This document shows, piece by piece, positions 51,152 to 64,000 of a DNA stretch of 64,000 nucleotides; position 1 is the stretch's first letter, and every line of letters starts with the position of its first letter. Both the position numbers and the translations under genes were made by a program. Under the pieces are notes generated by a model, which worked only from the letters and a program-made list of their open reading frames with translations, was not told where the DNA came from and searched no databases. Origin of the DNA: Podarcis melisellensis (lineage: Eukaryota); assembly GCA_964234715.1 (NCBI GenBank), contig OZ174279.1, one strand, 5' to 3'.

Positions 51152-52274
51152 CATAGAATCATAGAGTTGGAAGAGACCACAAGGGCCATCGAGTCCAACC
51201 CCCTGCCAAGCAGGAAACACCATCAGAGCACTCCTGACATATGGTTGTCAAGCCTCTGCTTAAAGACCTCCAAAGAAGGAGACTCCACCACACTCCTTGG
51301 CAGCAAATTCCACTGACGAACAACTCTTACTGTCAGGAAGTTCTTCCTAATGTTTAGGTGGAATCTTCTTTCTTGTAGTTTGGATCCATTGCTCCGTGTC
51401 CGCTTCTCTGGAGCAGCAGAAAACAACCTTTCTCCCTCCTCTATGTGACATCCTTTTATATATTTGAACATGGCTATCATATCACCCCTTAGCCTCCTCT
51501 TCTCCAGGCTAAACATGCCCAGCTCCCTTAGCCGTTCCTCATAAGGCATCGTTTCCAGGCCTTTGACCATTTTGGTTGCCCTCCTCTGGACACGTTCCAG
51601 TTTGTCAGTGTCCTTCTTGAACTGTGGTGCCCAGAACTGGACACAGTACTCCAGGTGAGGTCTGACCAGAGCAGAATACAGTGGCACTATTACTTCCCTT
51701 GATCTAGATGCTATACTCCTATTGATGCAGCCCAGAATTGCATTGGCTTTTTTAGCTGCCGCGTCACACTGTTGGCTCATGTCAAGTTTGTGGTCAACCA
51801 AGACTCCTAGATCCTTTTCACATGTACTGCTCTCAAGCCAGGTGTCACCCATCTTGTATTTGTGCCTCTCATTTTTTTTTGCCCAAGTGCAATACTTTAC
51901 ATTTCTCCCTGTTAAAATTCATCTTGTTTGTTTTGGCCCAGTTCTCTAATCTGTCAAGGTCGTTTTGAAGTGTGATCCTGTCCTCTGGGGTGTTAGCCAC
52001 CCCTCCCAGTTTGGTGTCATCTGCAAATTTGATCAGGATGCCCTTGAGTCTATCATCCAAGTCATTGATAAAGATGTTGAATAAGACCCGGCCCAAGACA
52101 GAACCCTGTGGCACCCCACTAGTCACTCTTCTCCAGGATGAAGAGGAGCCATTGATGAGCACCCTTTGGGTTCGGTCAGTCAGCCAGTTACAAATCCACT
52201 GAGTGGTAGCATAGTCAAGACCGCATTTTACCAGCTTCTTTACAAGAATATCATGGGGCACCTTGTCAAATGCC
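51152..52274 (-). mobile_element. Young 5'-truncated CR1 LINE (ORF2 RT C-terminal part plus 3' tail)
   Basis: ORFs 51869-52276 and 51223-51852 encode AFDKVPH...SGVPQGSVLG...KFADDTKLG...[10 protein letters not shown], i.e. CR1 reverse transcriptase. 3' tail (ATTCTATG)n. TSD aatgttt at 51145-51151 and 52275-52281. Confidence 0.95.
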
Positions 52275-55200
52275 AATGTTTAACAAACCCTTTTTTCAAA
52301 TTTACTGTTCGTAATGTTAAATGGAAAATGATACGATCCATCAGTTTTTATTTATTGTCTCTGTACTCACCTTGATTCAAACTAGTTTCCTCTTTGCTAT
52401 GTCCCAATATGGCAGCAGCTGGGAATTATTTTTTTAATTAACAGAACCCATTTAAAGAGCTGTACCGCCAGTAGTTAAAGCCTTTCTTGCCTGAAAGGCA
52501 GTGCTAAATTTGGAACCAAAAGTCATGACTAGAGTTTAGAAGATGAGCATAATTTGTAACAAACAGTATCAAGACTGAGTTTCAGGCAGTTCTATAATTA
52601 CAAAAGATAACAGCGCTGTCATCGCCAGCAACATTAGTGAATAGTTATTTAAACTATTTTAAAGGTTTCCCAACCCCCTAATTCTCCCTTCCTCCCCTTC
52701 TAGTCAGCTTTAGTTCAAAAGGCAGTACATTTGCTATCAAGGCACATTCAGCAATTACAGTGAACGAAAGTTAAGTATTTCTGATGATTTAAACTGGAGA
52801 CTATCACTGGAATAAAAGAAAATAAAGTACTCAGCTTCGGCTATATCATACCCAGTTTGTAAAAGCTTCCCTATTTGGTCACCTGGGAATGATGCTTAAT
52901 TACCATAGGTGAGCAGGACATGTATAAGCCTGACAAAATTTGCACTTCTCTCATACTTATCTAAATTATTTTGAAGAATCCTGTTTTTCCAAATGGCAGA
53001 CAGAAAAACACCAGTTTGCCCTACTCCAAACAATCTTGGGGAAACTATTGGCTCTGTTATCTGAATATAGTAGCCAGCGTGTTACTCTCACATAATAATT
53101 TCCTTGACCTTCAGAAAAGAGCTCTCACCTATCTACTTGCAACTAATTTTATTCAGAGAAACGAGTTGCATGCCAGTCCAGTGAGGTCATTCAAGTGTAC
53201 ACTTGTCCGAATAAACCAATGGCAAAATCTTTTGGAAGTGCAGTTCCCTTTTTAATCTAAGTGGCTCAGGTTTCACTGAGAGGGGAGAACAAGTTATATG
53301 TGCAAAGCCAGATATTACCAGTTCGAGAGAGGATCCACAAGCGTCAGATTTCCAAGCACCATGAGTCATGAACATTGAAGCCAGCAAGCTCTTAAACAAA
53401 GCAGCAGAACTCGAGGCAGAGGAAGACATCTTTACAGTTTTCAGCTTCAGATGAAACCAAACATCCCTAAAATTGTTCACTTCTCTAAAAACTTGCTGTA
53501 CTTGGTTGAAGCCCAGAAACATCTCAATTATTCGGGGTGGCAAGATTCTTTTCACCTGCTGGTGCTCAATACCTGTGCAAGCAATGCTACAAAAAGCTCC
53601 CACGCCTATGGGGTTCTCTGCTCCAAATCCTGCATCTTCCACATTATACCATTAGTTATTCAGCAGAGTCCCATGTGAGTCCTACATATGCCAGTGAGGC
53701 CAATGCAAACAGCTCCAGGATACTGAGTTACCACTCCCATCCATGCCTTCTATATGCTCTGCTCAAATGAATATTCCCAGAAGAAATGTTCATGTGAATA
53801 ATCCTGAACTGTGATTTTTCCTCAAGCATAGCTGGAAATCTATTTTGTACCAATAAGGATGAACCCCTGGATGGCATGGTGTTATGTTTGCTCACCTTCC
53901 TGCTGCTCATCAACCGCTGGTTGGTGAACCACATATCCAAACCCAACTATTTTGCATGCCACCAGTTAACTCATTAAACTTAGGTTTGCAGTGGGTGAGT
54001 AAAATGTCCAGAGCAGTATTCTGGAGACTTGAAGTCAGCTGCAACATCCCTGTGAATGGCACCTTCAAAAATGATGTGCAGAGAATTCATCTAATTGAAA
54101 ATTGCCCATCTAAGTGATCAGCAAGTAACTTTGAGAACTTAAAAACCTAAAGTGATGAGGCTAAATGTACTCAAGCATCTGCCTCTTCCCTATATTCCAC
54201 TGAGAACACAAAAACCTGATTGGTGCTCTTTTGAATATCTATGAAGGCAGACATTTGCCAATGGCCCTAACTAGGTTGGGGTGAGGAATCTTAAAAATCC
54301 AAACACTGAATTCCTTGTGGAAGCAAAAGTGAGCAGAGCAGTTAATTTGACTCTTGTAGCCTATCCTTCATACAGTAGGCTACATTTGAGCTGTGCAAAA
54401 ACTGGAGGTTTCTGCAGATGCGCACACATACATGCAAGCACGCACGCACGCGCACACACACATGCACACACACACACAAAACCACACTTCTTTATCTAGG
54501 CTAGCAAGATGCAGTTAAAGGACTTTTCAACCAGGGAAAAGTACCTGAGGGTGCAATGGAGGGCCAGAGGGAGATGTGGCCTGGGTGTGTGCTCAGATAT
54601 AGGTGCCTGGAGGTTTGCATTTGGCTTCTGGGCCTGAGGTTCCCCATGTTTGCGCTAGACCAGGGCTCATCAGTGTGATGCCCTCCAGATGTTGCTGGGC
54701 AATCATTGATCATGGTGCCTGGTACTGATGGTAGTTAGAAGGGCACCCACATTAGACCTCAAAAGACACGGGTAGTGAGGAGAGAGCTGAACCACAGTGT
54801 TTCAAGCTTCATTTGGTAAATCGTAATTAAGCAGAAGTTTGAAAGGGGAAATTCATCTTGTGGAAAAGAAATGGAGGTTATTGTTTGGGCCTTGGAATGG
54901 AATGAAAGATTACACACAGAGAAGGAACCCCCAGAACAGCACATGGAGGATGGAGAGGAGGGATCTTTCTGTCTGGCATTTGGCACCATTTATTGCAAGC
55001 CATTCTGGGAATCTTTTTGGCTAAATAGCAGAATAAAAATGCTTTAATAACAATGCATTGTGTGTTCCTGTTTGCAAGTCACAGACTAGATCAAGCTACA
55101 ATATTGTGGTCAACTTGAGTTTCAAGTCCTACATCAGGTTTTTCCCATTTAAGAACTAAAATATTGTGGAATGCATAGAATGCATACTTTCTTGTTGAAT

Positions 55201-55451
55201 AACATGTTAATGGAAATGAAGTGTAAATTATATGCGTAAAGTATGGTGATCAGCTGCCTAATTTAATTGTAGCGCTTAATGCTGAATTGGTTGTCATTGT
55301 ATTTGGAAAACTCTGTCTTCATTGAAATTTTTCTTTCCTTTTTGTTGTAAATTGTGGGAGCACTTGATCAAACCTAAAGAGGATCCACATTTGGATAATT
55401 AATCTTGGGTTTGTTTAAGTAACATTGCAAATGTTTTCATGTTTCCTGTAG

Positions 55452-55574
<123 letters not shown>

Positions 55575-55606
55575 TAATAAGGTGAATAATATTTTGTGTT
55601 TTTCAG

Positions 55607-55638
55607 TGTTCCATTGGCAAGCAACAATTATGGGACCT
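55607..55638 (+). CDS. UBE2D1: UBE2D1 coding exon 3 (32 nt)
   Basis: tttttcag|TGTTCC...GGACCT|gtaagt encodes (L)FHWQATIMGP. Confidence 0.97.
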
Positions 55639-57189
55639 GTAAGTATGCAATTTATACATAACTGATCTTCTGCTTCCTCTTCTGTAACAAGCTTTAATGG
55701 ATTTCTGTATTCTAGACAATAGATGTCAATGTTTTCTAGATCGTAGAATCATATGTGAGGAGGAAATAGACTGTGATTATTTGTGGACCAGAGATGTACT
55801 TTATAGACAACGAGAGAGACACTATCACACTTTATACACGTTGGCCAACATAGGGAATTAAAAAATAAACTCCAGAGCTGGGCTGGAGATTAAGCCATTC
55901 AAGAACTCTGAGCCAAGGTACTGTTTGCTTTTAAAGCCTGAATCATGTTTTTCATATAGAGATAAGTCCAAAGACTGTAATAAATAGGACCAACAGATGG
56001 GATTGCAGAGACCTATGGTAGTGGAGAGCTATGTGAAATAACAAGTGAGCTAACAAAGATGGGTTTAAGGACCACTGGTGTTTTTATTTGTGATCAATCT
56101 ACCACTAGGTTTATATCCAGCTGTGGCAGAGTAATCCCTATTTCAGAATTCCCTAATTCACATTCCTGTACTATGAAGTCATACATTGTTTTACGTAAAT
56201 GTACTACTTTCCCAGTCCAGCAGCTGCCTTCAGACAAGTGTTATTTTAGTAAAGCATAAGGCATGCAGAAATTATGCATAAAAATGAATTTATAAAATCA
56301 GACTGATGAAAGGTTATTTTAGTTATGGAATACATATAACCACATATTATAGATTTTATTTCTATTGCTGAGCAAGAAACAGCTCTGTTATTTTTCAGCA
56401 CTGAAAAGCTTTTGATAAAATTGAAAGGTCTTTCCTATTTCAAACTTTTGAACACCTTCTGTTTTGGAGAAATATCTATGATATGAGTGCAAGTTATATG
56501 CAGAAATCTGAAAGCAAAAGTCTATATAAATGAGACTGCTTCAAAAATGATTATCTTCTAGCCCCACTCGTATTTGTATTGACAACAGAGCCATTTGCAA
56601 TCAAAATGCATATAAGACAATTAGGGGGGTAAAAATTAATGAGTAGGGTACAGAATAGAGTACATAATCCCATAGTATCATAACATTGGTTACATTTTAA
56701 TAGCAAGGTTTATAATTATGGCTTATAGAAATAATTAATTTGCCCTTTTTTATATTCCTTTGTAGCAAGAAGTACAGTATATTTCTAATCATTATAACCT
56801 TTCTATTTCAAGTTTCAGCTTGGTTACAGTTCATTTTGATTAAGCTTGCATTTTATTGTATTATCTTCAACACAAAAATAGTATTGATATCATGATAGGT
56901 CAAATATGAACAAATAGAGCCATATCTGGATAGGAATTACATAGGCATGTTTTCAAAACCTAATTTGCTAATTAATATATACTTTCTGGTACGTGCCTTC
57001 ATAATAAAATGGGCTGTTGTTCCTATTTGCTTTTAAAAACCTCAAGTTAAAAAGATGCATATAGTCAGAAATTTGTGTGTGGTCTAAGGTGTGCAGAGAA
57101 GGAGTGGCCTAAAAAGAACATACTGAGGAGTTGTTTTTTTAAGTGATACACTTGTTTCTCTATGGTTAAAAGTGATACGGCCATTGCGT

Positions 57190-57192
<3 letters not shown>

Positions 57193-57247
<55 letters not shown>
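57193..57247. repeat. Compound (TC)16(AC)11 microsatellite in UBE2D1 intron 3
   Basis: Directly visible. Confidence 0.95.
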
Positions 57248-57711
57248 TAGTATATAGTATATTCTTCAGTAATTTGAGCTGCATCCCCCTGATAAAAAGG
57301 AAGTGGGGAAAAATACTTTAAATCTGCCCCTCAAATTTGCATCACATTGTGGTATTCTTCAGTTTCTTTGTGTTCAATGCTCTGCCTTTTGAACTTCATT
57401 AACTTGTTTTTCTCAGGTGGGGGGATTTCTGCAGAATATACTTTGAAACCTCTTCTGGGTTATGCTTCTATACACACTAGATCTGAGCCTGCAAACACTT
57501 TCTTTTTTAAAAAAAATAATGAGCAGAATTTGCAAAAAATCCATGATGACCTAATACTACATTTTAGTTTTTGCATCATGCCCTGCATGGTGTGGGCTCC
57601 TGTAGCATAGAGTGTGGCGGCCACAGATTATGTCTGTTGTTGTTGAAGAAGAGGAGGACTATGGCTTTGAACTTGGGCAAAGTGTACTAGGGAGACACTG
57701 GTGAAGAATGA

Positions 57712-57831
<120 letters not shown>

Positions 57832-58817
57832 TAAATGTGATATGTGCTTTTCAGAATTAAGTGTAATGCGCAAATATAAATGAAAATTAAATGTAGCATG
57901 TGCTTCTTGGAATAAGGTTTGACATCTGTTTTGATGTATTCGTTGTTTTGGGGAGGCTAAATACATTGGAGGGATGAGTATAGAATAGCATAGATAACTT
58001 ATTGAAGCAAGAGAGAATTAAAGAGGGCCTAGCCGAGAGCCTTATGAAACTCTTAAAATGAGTTATTTATTCCAGGAACTCTTTCCGCACACAGCTTATT
58101 GACCATGGAAGGTAAAAGATAAAGTAACCATGATGCAGGATATTCTGTGAAGTGTACAAAGCGCACACTTGGTTTTTGCAGAATACCAATCTGGCCTATT
58201 GTTCTGTTAAAACACATTTCTAACCATGCTTGTGATTTTACTATTTTATTTTACTTTGGATGTAAATCACTTTGGGGTTTTTTTTAGTTGGAAGTGATGT
58301 ATAAATTTAATAAACCTAAACCTATTGGTCTCTGCGCAGAGCTTCTCTGACATTATTGATCTTGGTACGTTTCCAACGAACCCCATTTTCCTCAAATGCA
58401 TTTTTTAAAACTATTGGTCCTTTAATAAGCAAATTGCTTTAATGCATCTTTGCGCTATCCCATTGCTAATCTTGATTTCTGACAGTCTTAACTTTGCTAG
58501 AATTGCATATATAAAGTTAAAATAGGAATTACTGCTTAAATCTGTTTAAGTGGTCGTATGTTTTCTGTGGAGCTTGCATTTAGGTGCTGCTAGATGAATT
58601 GGATCATCATGTTCTACATAGCCCATAAGGCACTTTTTATATCATCTTACCCAGGGAACAGCTATAGCTAATACTCCTTGTGCATTCGTAACAGATTGTG
58701 TAACAGAATGTACCACTATTTGTTATCAAGCCAAGGTATTCGGCTTTTAGAGATGTCAGATGGAGAAATAAAATACAGAGTAAGAAAAGGACAGTGTGTG
58801 TGATTAGAACTCTGTAA

Positions 58818-59015
<198 letters not shown>

Positions 59016-59252
59016 TAGCTGAAAATGCATCTAGTTTAAAGGAAGGCATTATCTAGACAGAGGTGTTTGATCTTCAAAGTTTTCCACAGGATCTTATACC
59101 CAGATTTGGCTGTGTGACCATGTACATCATCTATTATTTTGGAAGACATATCGTTCAATAAAGTTTGAAAATCTGCATTACTATAAAGGAGAAAAACTTT
59201 GCATCTACCTCTTGACCTTTACTATCACATTCATGTCATAAACACTCTTTAA

Positions 59253-59372
<120 letters not shown>

Positions 59373-61085
59373 TAAGTATGGATATATATTTTAAAAATCT
59401 GAATCAGTTGGTTTTGATATTCTTTGCCTCTCACCACACTTAGGATTTGACTACTCTGATAGGGTGATACGCAACAGAGGAGCTGCATTGATTTCAGCGG
59501 GTATACTCTTGAATAGGACTCACGTTGGATATCATCCATAAGGGTTTTTTTTAGCATAGCATAAAAACGGATTTTTTTAAAAAAAGCTTACAAACAATTG
59601 TACTACTACAGAATGTTTACAGTGTTCCATTTTGACATCTTGCATACTTCGGCCACTAAGGACAGAAGTAGAAAATTTTAAATTTGCATTCCTCAGATTG
59701 AAGCAGCAGTTAGTCTGTAGAATTATTTAACTTGTATACCATGTCAGTCTTGTTCCTTCCTTTTTTCTGATGTATTACTTATCCTAAAGTTCACTGATCT
59801 GCCAGCTTGGCTTTAATGTGTGAGCCAATTTCTAGATAACAAACTGCTTTGCAAAGTTCTGGACACCCGCCTTTGTGTCCCTACAAATGTTTGGAAGAGA
59901 ACCTCATTGAACTTTTTAGGGTGTCATCAAACTGACCTTGCGTTCAGTCATATAATCTTTACTCTGTGGTTCAGCATACTTCCCTTGCACTGAGCTAGAC
60001 TTTAAGCTAATTTAGACTAGCTAAGAGGTTCACTGTCTTTACCTGTGTGGCATCCTAGTTTGTGAGCAGATTGAGATGGTTGTTATTGTAGGTGCTTGTT
60101 CGACTGACTGTAAGTATCGTACTCAGCCTAATGAAGGTAACTAGGCTAATTCGTGTATACATTTGATTCATTAAGATGGCAACAATCCTGCCACGTATTA
60201 GATAATATTTGTTGTAATTCAGTTTGTAAACTCCTGTCTCTTAAATTGTAAGGTTGAGAAAGGGGAAAAGATGTTGAGGTGTAGCAATATGAAGGCATTG
60301 TAAAGGTTACAGATTGCTACTCCAAAGTCTGTACTTCAGAATTATCCCTTGTTGTAATCTCTGTGCAGCCCTGTCTGTATCTTGCATAGTGGTGCTGCCT
60401 ATTATCAGGTTACTGTCCAATCAGTTGCAATTCATGTCTTGTAGTCAACTAAATCCAGCTCAGAGAAGACCCACTGAAATTAATGAATCTAAATTAGTCA
60501 TACCCATTAAATTCCACTAGTGTTGGATAACATCCCACATCACCATGTTCAGTCCATGACTTTATCTGTACACAGCTTTTCAGCTTGTATCCTAAGCACT
60601 GACAGACCAGGAAAGATGCAAATGCACACTGATTGTGTGCAGACAGCCATGATATTATACAATGGAAGCAATAGGTGTGCATCATGGGGTTCTCTTGCCT
60701 TGGAAAATCATTAATTATTAGCTGCATTTCCAAATCACCCTTCCTTCCAAAGACTTCACGATGATATACAAATAATAATAATATTAAAACACAAAATAGA
60801 AAATAATAAATAAGACATAACAGTAATCAACACACTTTAAAATACTGTATCTATAAAATGCAGAACCATTAAAATGCACCAAAACCATCTGCTACTCTTA
60901 GGTGTTAAGACTTTGCATCGTCCAAGACTGTTTTGCTTTCTGCTCAGCACCTGCTCTTTTGCCCAAGTGGGGGCATGGGTGCAACATATAACCGAATAAG
61001 ATTGTTAAATAAGCCCTTGAATAAATTTGTTGGCAACACTGTGAATCCTAAGCTTGTGTGTTTTCACTTTTGTTTTCTTTTACAG

Positions 61086-61131
61086 ATACAACAGACATGC
61101 AAGAGAATGGACACAGAAATATGCAATGTAA
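61086..61131 (+). CDS. UBE2D1: UBE2D1 coding exon 7 (terminal)
   Basis: ttttacag|ATACAAC...ATGTAA encodes (K)YNRHAREWTQKYAM*. Total 444 nt = 147 aa. The residues AHCS, AYQ and YNRH identify the D1 paralog. Confidence 0.97.
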
Positions 61132-61918
61132 ACTTTGAAGACTTTTTCATATATACCAGAGTACTGTAAATTCTAGGGTTTTTTCAAAATTAGAAGTAAA
61201 TGGAGCACAGTTTACTGTTTCAGTGTACCATGAAGCCCTTTTTGATTTTCACCCATATAAGTGTGTTTCTGGAACAAGGAAATAACTACGAAAATTAACC
61301 TGAAGACTGTGATGAGAGTATTTATCCTTTTTGTATGCTTTGCAAAAGACATTTATTATGTTTTTTAAAGATATGTGGACATCTCTGTCTCCAGCCTACA
61401 AGATCCATAATGCAGTTGTAGAGCAACCAAATTATTTTTGCTGAAAAACTAGGTGTTACATGAGAGATATTCTGTGTGTCTTTGAGATGTCAGTCCTGTA
61501 AGTCTGTGTTTGGATTTCATTCTTTGTTAGTTCATTGTATAATTTGTATTTTTTTACTGTATAGACTATATTTTATTTACCATGCAAGTCAACTCACTTT
61601 AGACTTTCTGCACAGTATTGAAAAAAAAATACAACTGCTATTAAATGAGTGAACTATTCCTCCCCAGAGGAATTCTCTATAAACTGATAAACTTCTTAAA
61701 ACAAACTTTGCACTCTAATTCTCAGTATACTGATTATGGAGAAACACTTGGTTTTGATTCTGTTGCATACTTAATTTTATTGCAATGTGAACTAATTGCA
61801 CTACTCTGTAGAAAGAAATGTAACTAATTTTGTTCTATTCACAGCTGACTTTTTTATCCCATAAGGGCAGTATAATCTCTGACCTTTTAACAAAATTGAC
61901 TTGAAGCTTTTCCATATA

Positions 61919-61924
61919 AATAAA
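61919..61924 (+). terminator. Candidate proximal polyadenylation signal of UBE2D1
   Basis: AATAAA about 790 nt after the stop, followed by GT/T-rich sequence. More distal AATAAA at 63335-63340 and 63901-63906 may be alternative sites. Confidence 0.5.
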
Positions 61925-64000
61925 AAGTGTTTTTTACTACTTGTCTTGGCTGTTCTTTAACTCTTGCACATCCTTTACATGTGCTTGCTCTGAAAAGATC
62001 AAGTTAATGTTAAATGTGTGAATTGCTATTGGGAGGAATTGGCCTGTGTGTTTGAAATTGCTGTGAACTGATATTATGGTAGCTGTTGCATAACTTTACA
62101 TGCAAATTCATTGTGTTGTGTATATGATCTAAGTTCTTGGATCTTGTACCCACTACAAAAACTTCTCTCTGATCTCCAAATCTTGCTTAAATTGATAACA
62201 ACTGATGTTGAAATGTCACTGATGCTTCTCTCCCTCACGTGTATAACGATATATTGATGTTATACTTCCACACACTAAGCTGATGCCTCTCTAAACCATT
62301 ATATGTATACTTCACCTTGCACGTAAGGAGAAAAACAGCCTTAGGGATTTTACAAATAAGAGTGCTTTAATTTTTTAAAAAGTATGTTGCTTCTGAGGTA
62401 GTAAATGCTTATTGAATGCATTTATTTTGTGGCTGTAGCAATTCTAACTAAACACAACTTACTTGACTAGGAGGTTTTGCCACCATAAACACCATTTGAC
62501 CCCTTTCAGAGAAGGGAATAGAGTCCTAGTGTTTGGCTACACCAAGGAACAATTAAACAAAAAGCTCACAACTGGAATAGGTAGAAATGTGGCAAGCATC
62601 CCAGTGGCTATTTTTTTGTATTACTGGACTTAAATAATAATAATAAAAAAACCTGTGCAGCATTTTAATCTTGAAACTCTTGGATAGTTCTGACAGCCTA
62701 GGAAATAAGTATCTACTTATCGTAATGGTCATCTAGGCTTCAGTTGTTTACCTCAATCTGTACAATCGTAAGATGGAAGCTTTCTGAAATAAGCACTGAA
62801 AAAAATTCACTGCATTCTGTAAGTGACTTTGCTTGCTGTGAAAGAAACAATTTCTATAAATAGCCAATAAGTGTTTCAATTTAGTATATGATTGCTTCAA
62901 TGTACTTGAAAAAGGGGATGCCATAGCTTGAAAAGCAAAACTATTCACCACATTTTGACATGAATACTAAAAAAATTACCCCGTGGTAAAATATTCTGAT
63001 GGAGTGATTTCCCAAACTTTTTTACCCCTATCTGTCTTAGATGTTTATGATAGGCTTGTCCCGGATTAAATAATTTATAGTCCTTTAATCCCTTACAATA
63101 AACTCTTGTGTAATTTGGTAGTTTGATTTGCATGCCTGTTAAGTGAAAGAACATTTAATCTTCTGCTTTGCTAAAATTATATGGAGGCTGGTTTGAAACT
63201 GTTTAGATGTTACTATGCTTTGAAGTATGCATCATACAAAAAGGAATTTACTTACCATAATGCAAAGTCTTCAGGCTGAGCAAAAGGTGCAGATCAGCAA
63301 GCCTCTTATTCTTGCTTCATAAGAGTTATTTGTGAATAAATGTGTTGAGCCCATACTTGTCTCTCTTTTCAGTGACATTTAAAACTGAAGTTCTGAGACT
63401 TATTTTACATACTGTCAGGCCAATCGTAGCGCCTTTAAGAAGACAAGAACTCCATTCTCTTGGCTTTCTTTGAACCACAGCTTCTGAGGGTGTTAAGCAT
63501 TCCCTCTTAAGTATTTTTGTATTTCCTGGTAAATGTTCTTTTGCTGTTTAAATGATCCATTGTGAAGGTTCCTTCCCCGCCCCGCTCCTTGTATCAAACA
63601 TTTGCTCAGTCCTGGTGCTTCCATTATGGTGGCATAAATGTTGTCTGTGCTTCAGTCCCCTCCACCAAATACCAGTTTATACTGTACAATGCCTTAGCGA
63701 GGGCACTAACTGAGCCATCTCATTCTCTGTATATTCCTCACTTGGCACTATTGGCATGACTAAAGCAAAGGATCTCTGTATCACTGAAATTCTTGAAGTG
63801 TAATCTTTAGTCATTCTAGTTGTTAAATAAGGCGTACTTTCTAGCTACTTCTGATGTGGTATTTTTTCTGCCTAAAGATGTCAGCTGAGGCTTGAATGAA
63901 AATAAAGATTTGATTTGAAATCTGAGTGTGTCGAGTTTTATTCTTAACTTCACCCTTTTGAGTGAGAAAAGGAGTGGTAGCACTTTAAACTTGCAAGTGA

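Noticed and set aside
62000-64000. Expected syntenic neighbour TFAM
   Set aside because: No CpG island or HMG-box exon is visible; it presumably lies beyond the window.

Overview
This is eukaryotic (vertebrate) DNA from a squamate reptile; the Sauria SINEs suggest a lacertid-like lizard. It holds three complete spliced genes, each reconstructed by hand with canonical GT-AG introns. IPMK is on the minus strand (6 coding exons, 22517->6858, 421 aa). CISD1/mitoNEET is on the minus strand (3 exons, 34804->27887, 108 aa). UBE2D1 is on the plus strand (7 exons, 37510->61131, 147 aa). Each gene has its own CpG-island promoter. Introns carry many transposons: Sauria SINEs, CR1 and L2 LINE fragments, Tc1/mariner-pogo and hAT MITEs, and Penelope-like fragments. 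The most notable observations are: (1) an unclassified ~740-bp fold-back element with ~215-bp inverted arms just inside IPMK intron 4; (2) Penelope-like fragments in UBE2D1 intron 1, one with an intact minimal hammerhead ribozyme and one forming an ~88-bp hairpin; (3) CISD1 oriented opposite to the human arrangement as I recall it; (4) a strong-Kozak 24-aa uORF upstream of IPMK; (5) a shortened IPMK NLS region. I cannot establish a wholly new biological system from the sequence alone. Most short ORFs in the supplied track are not real genes.
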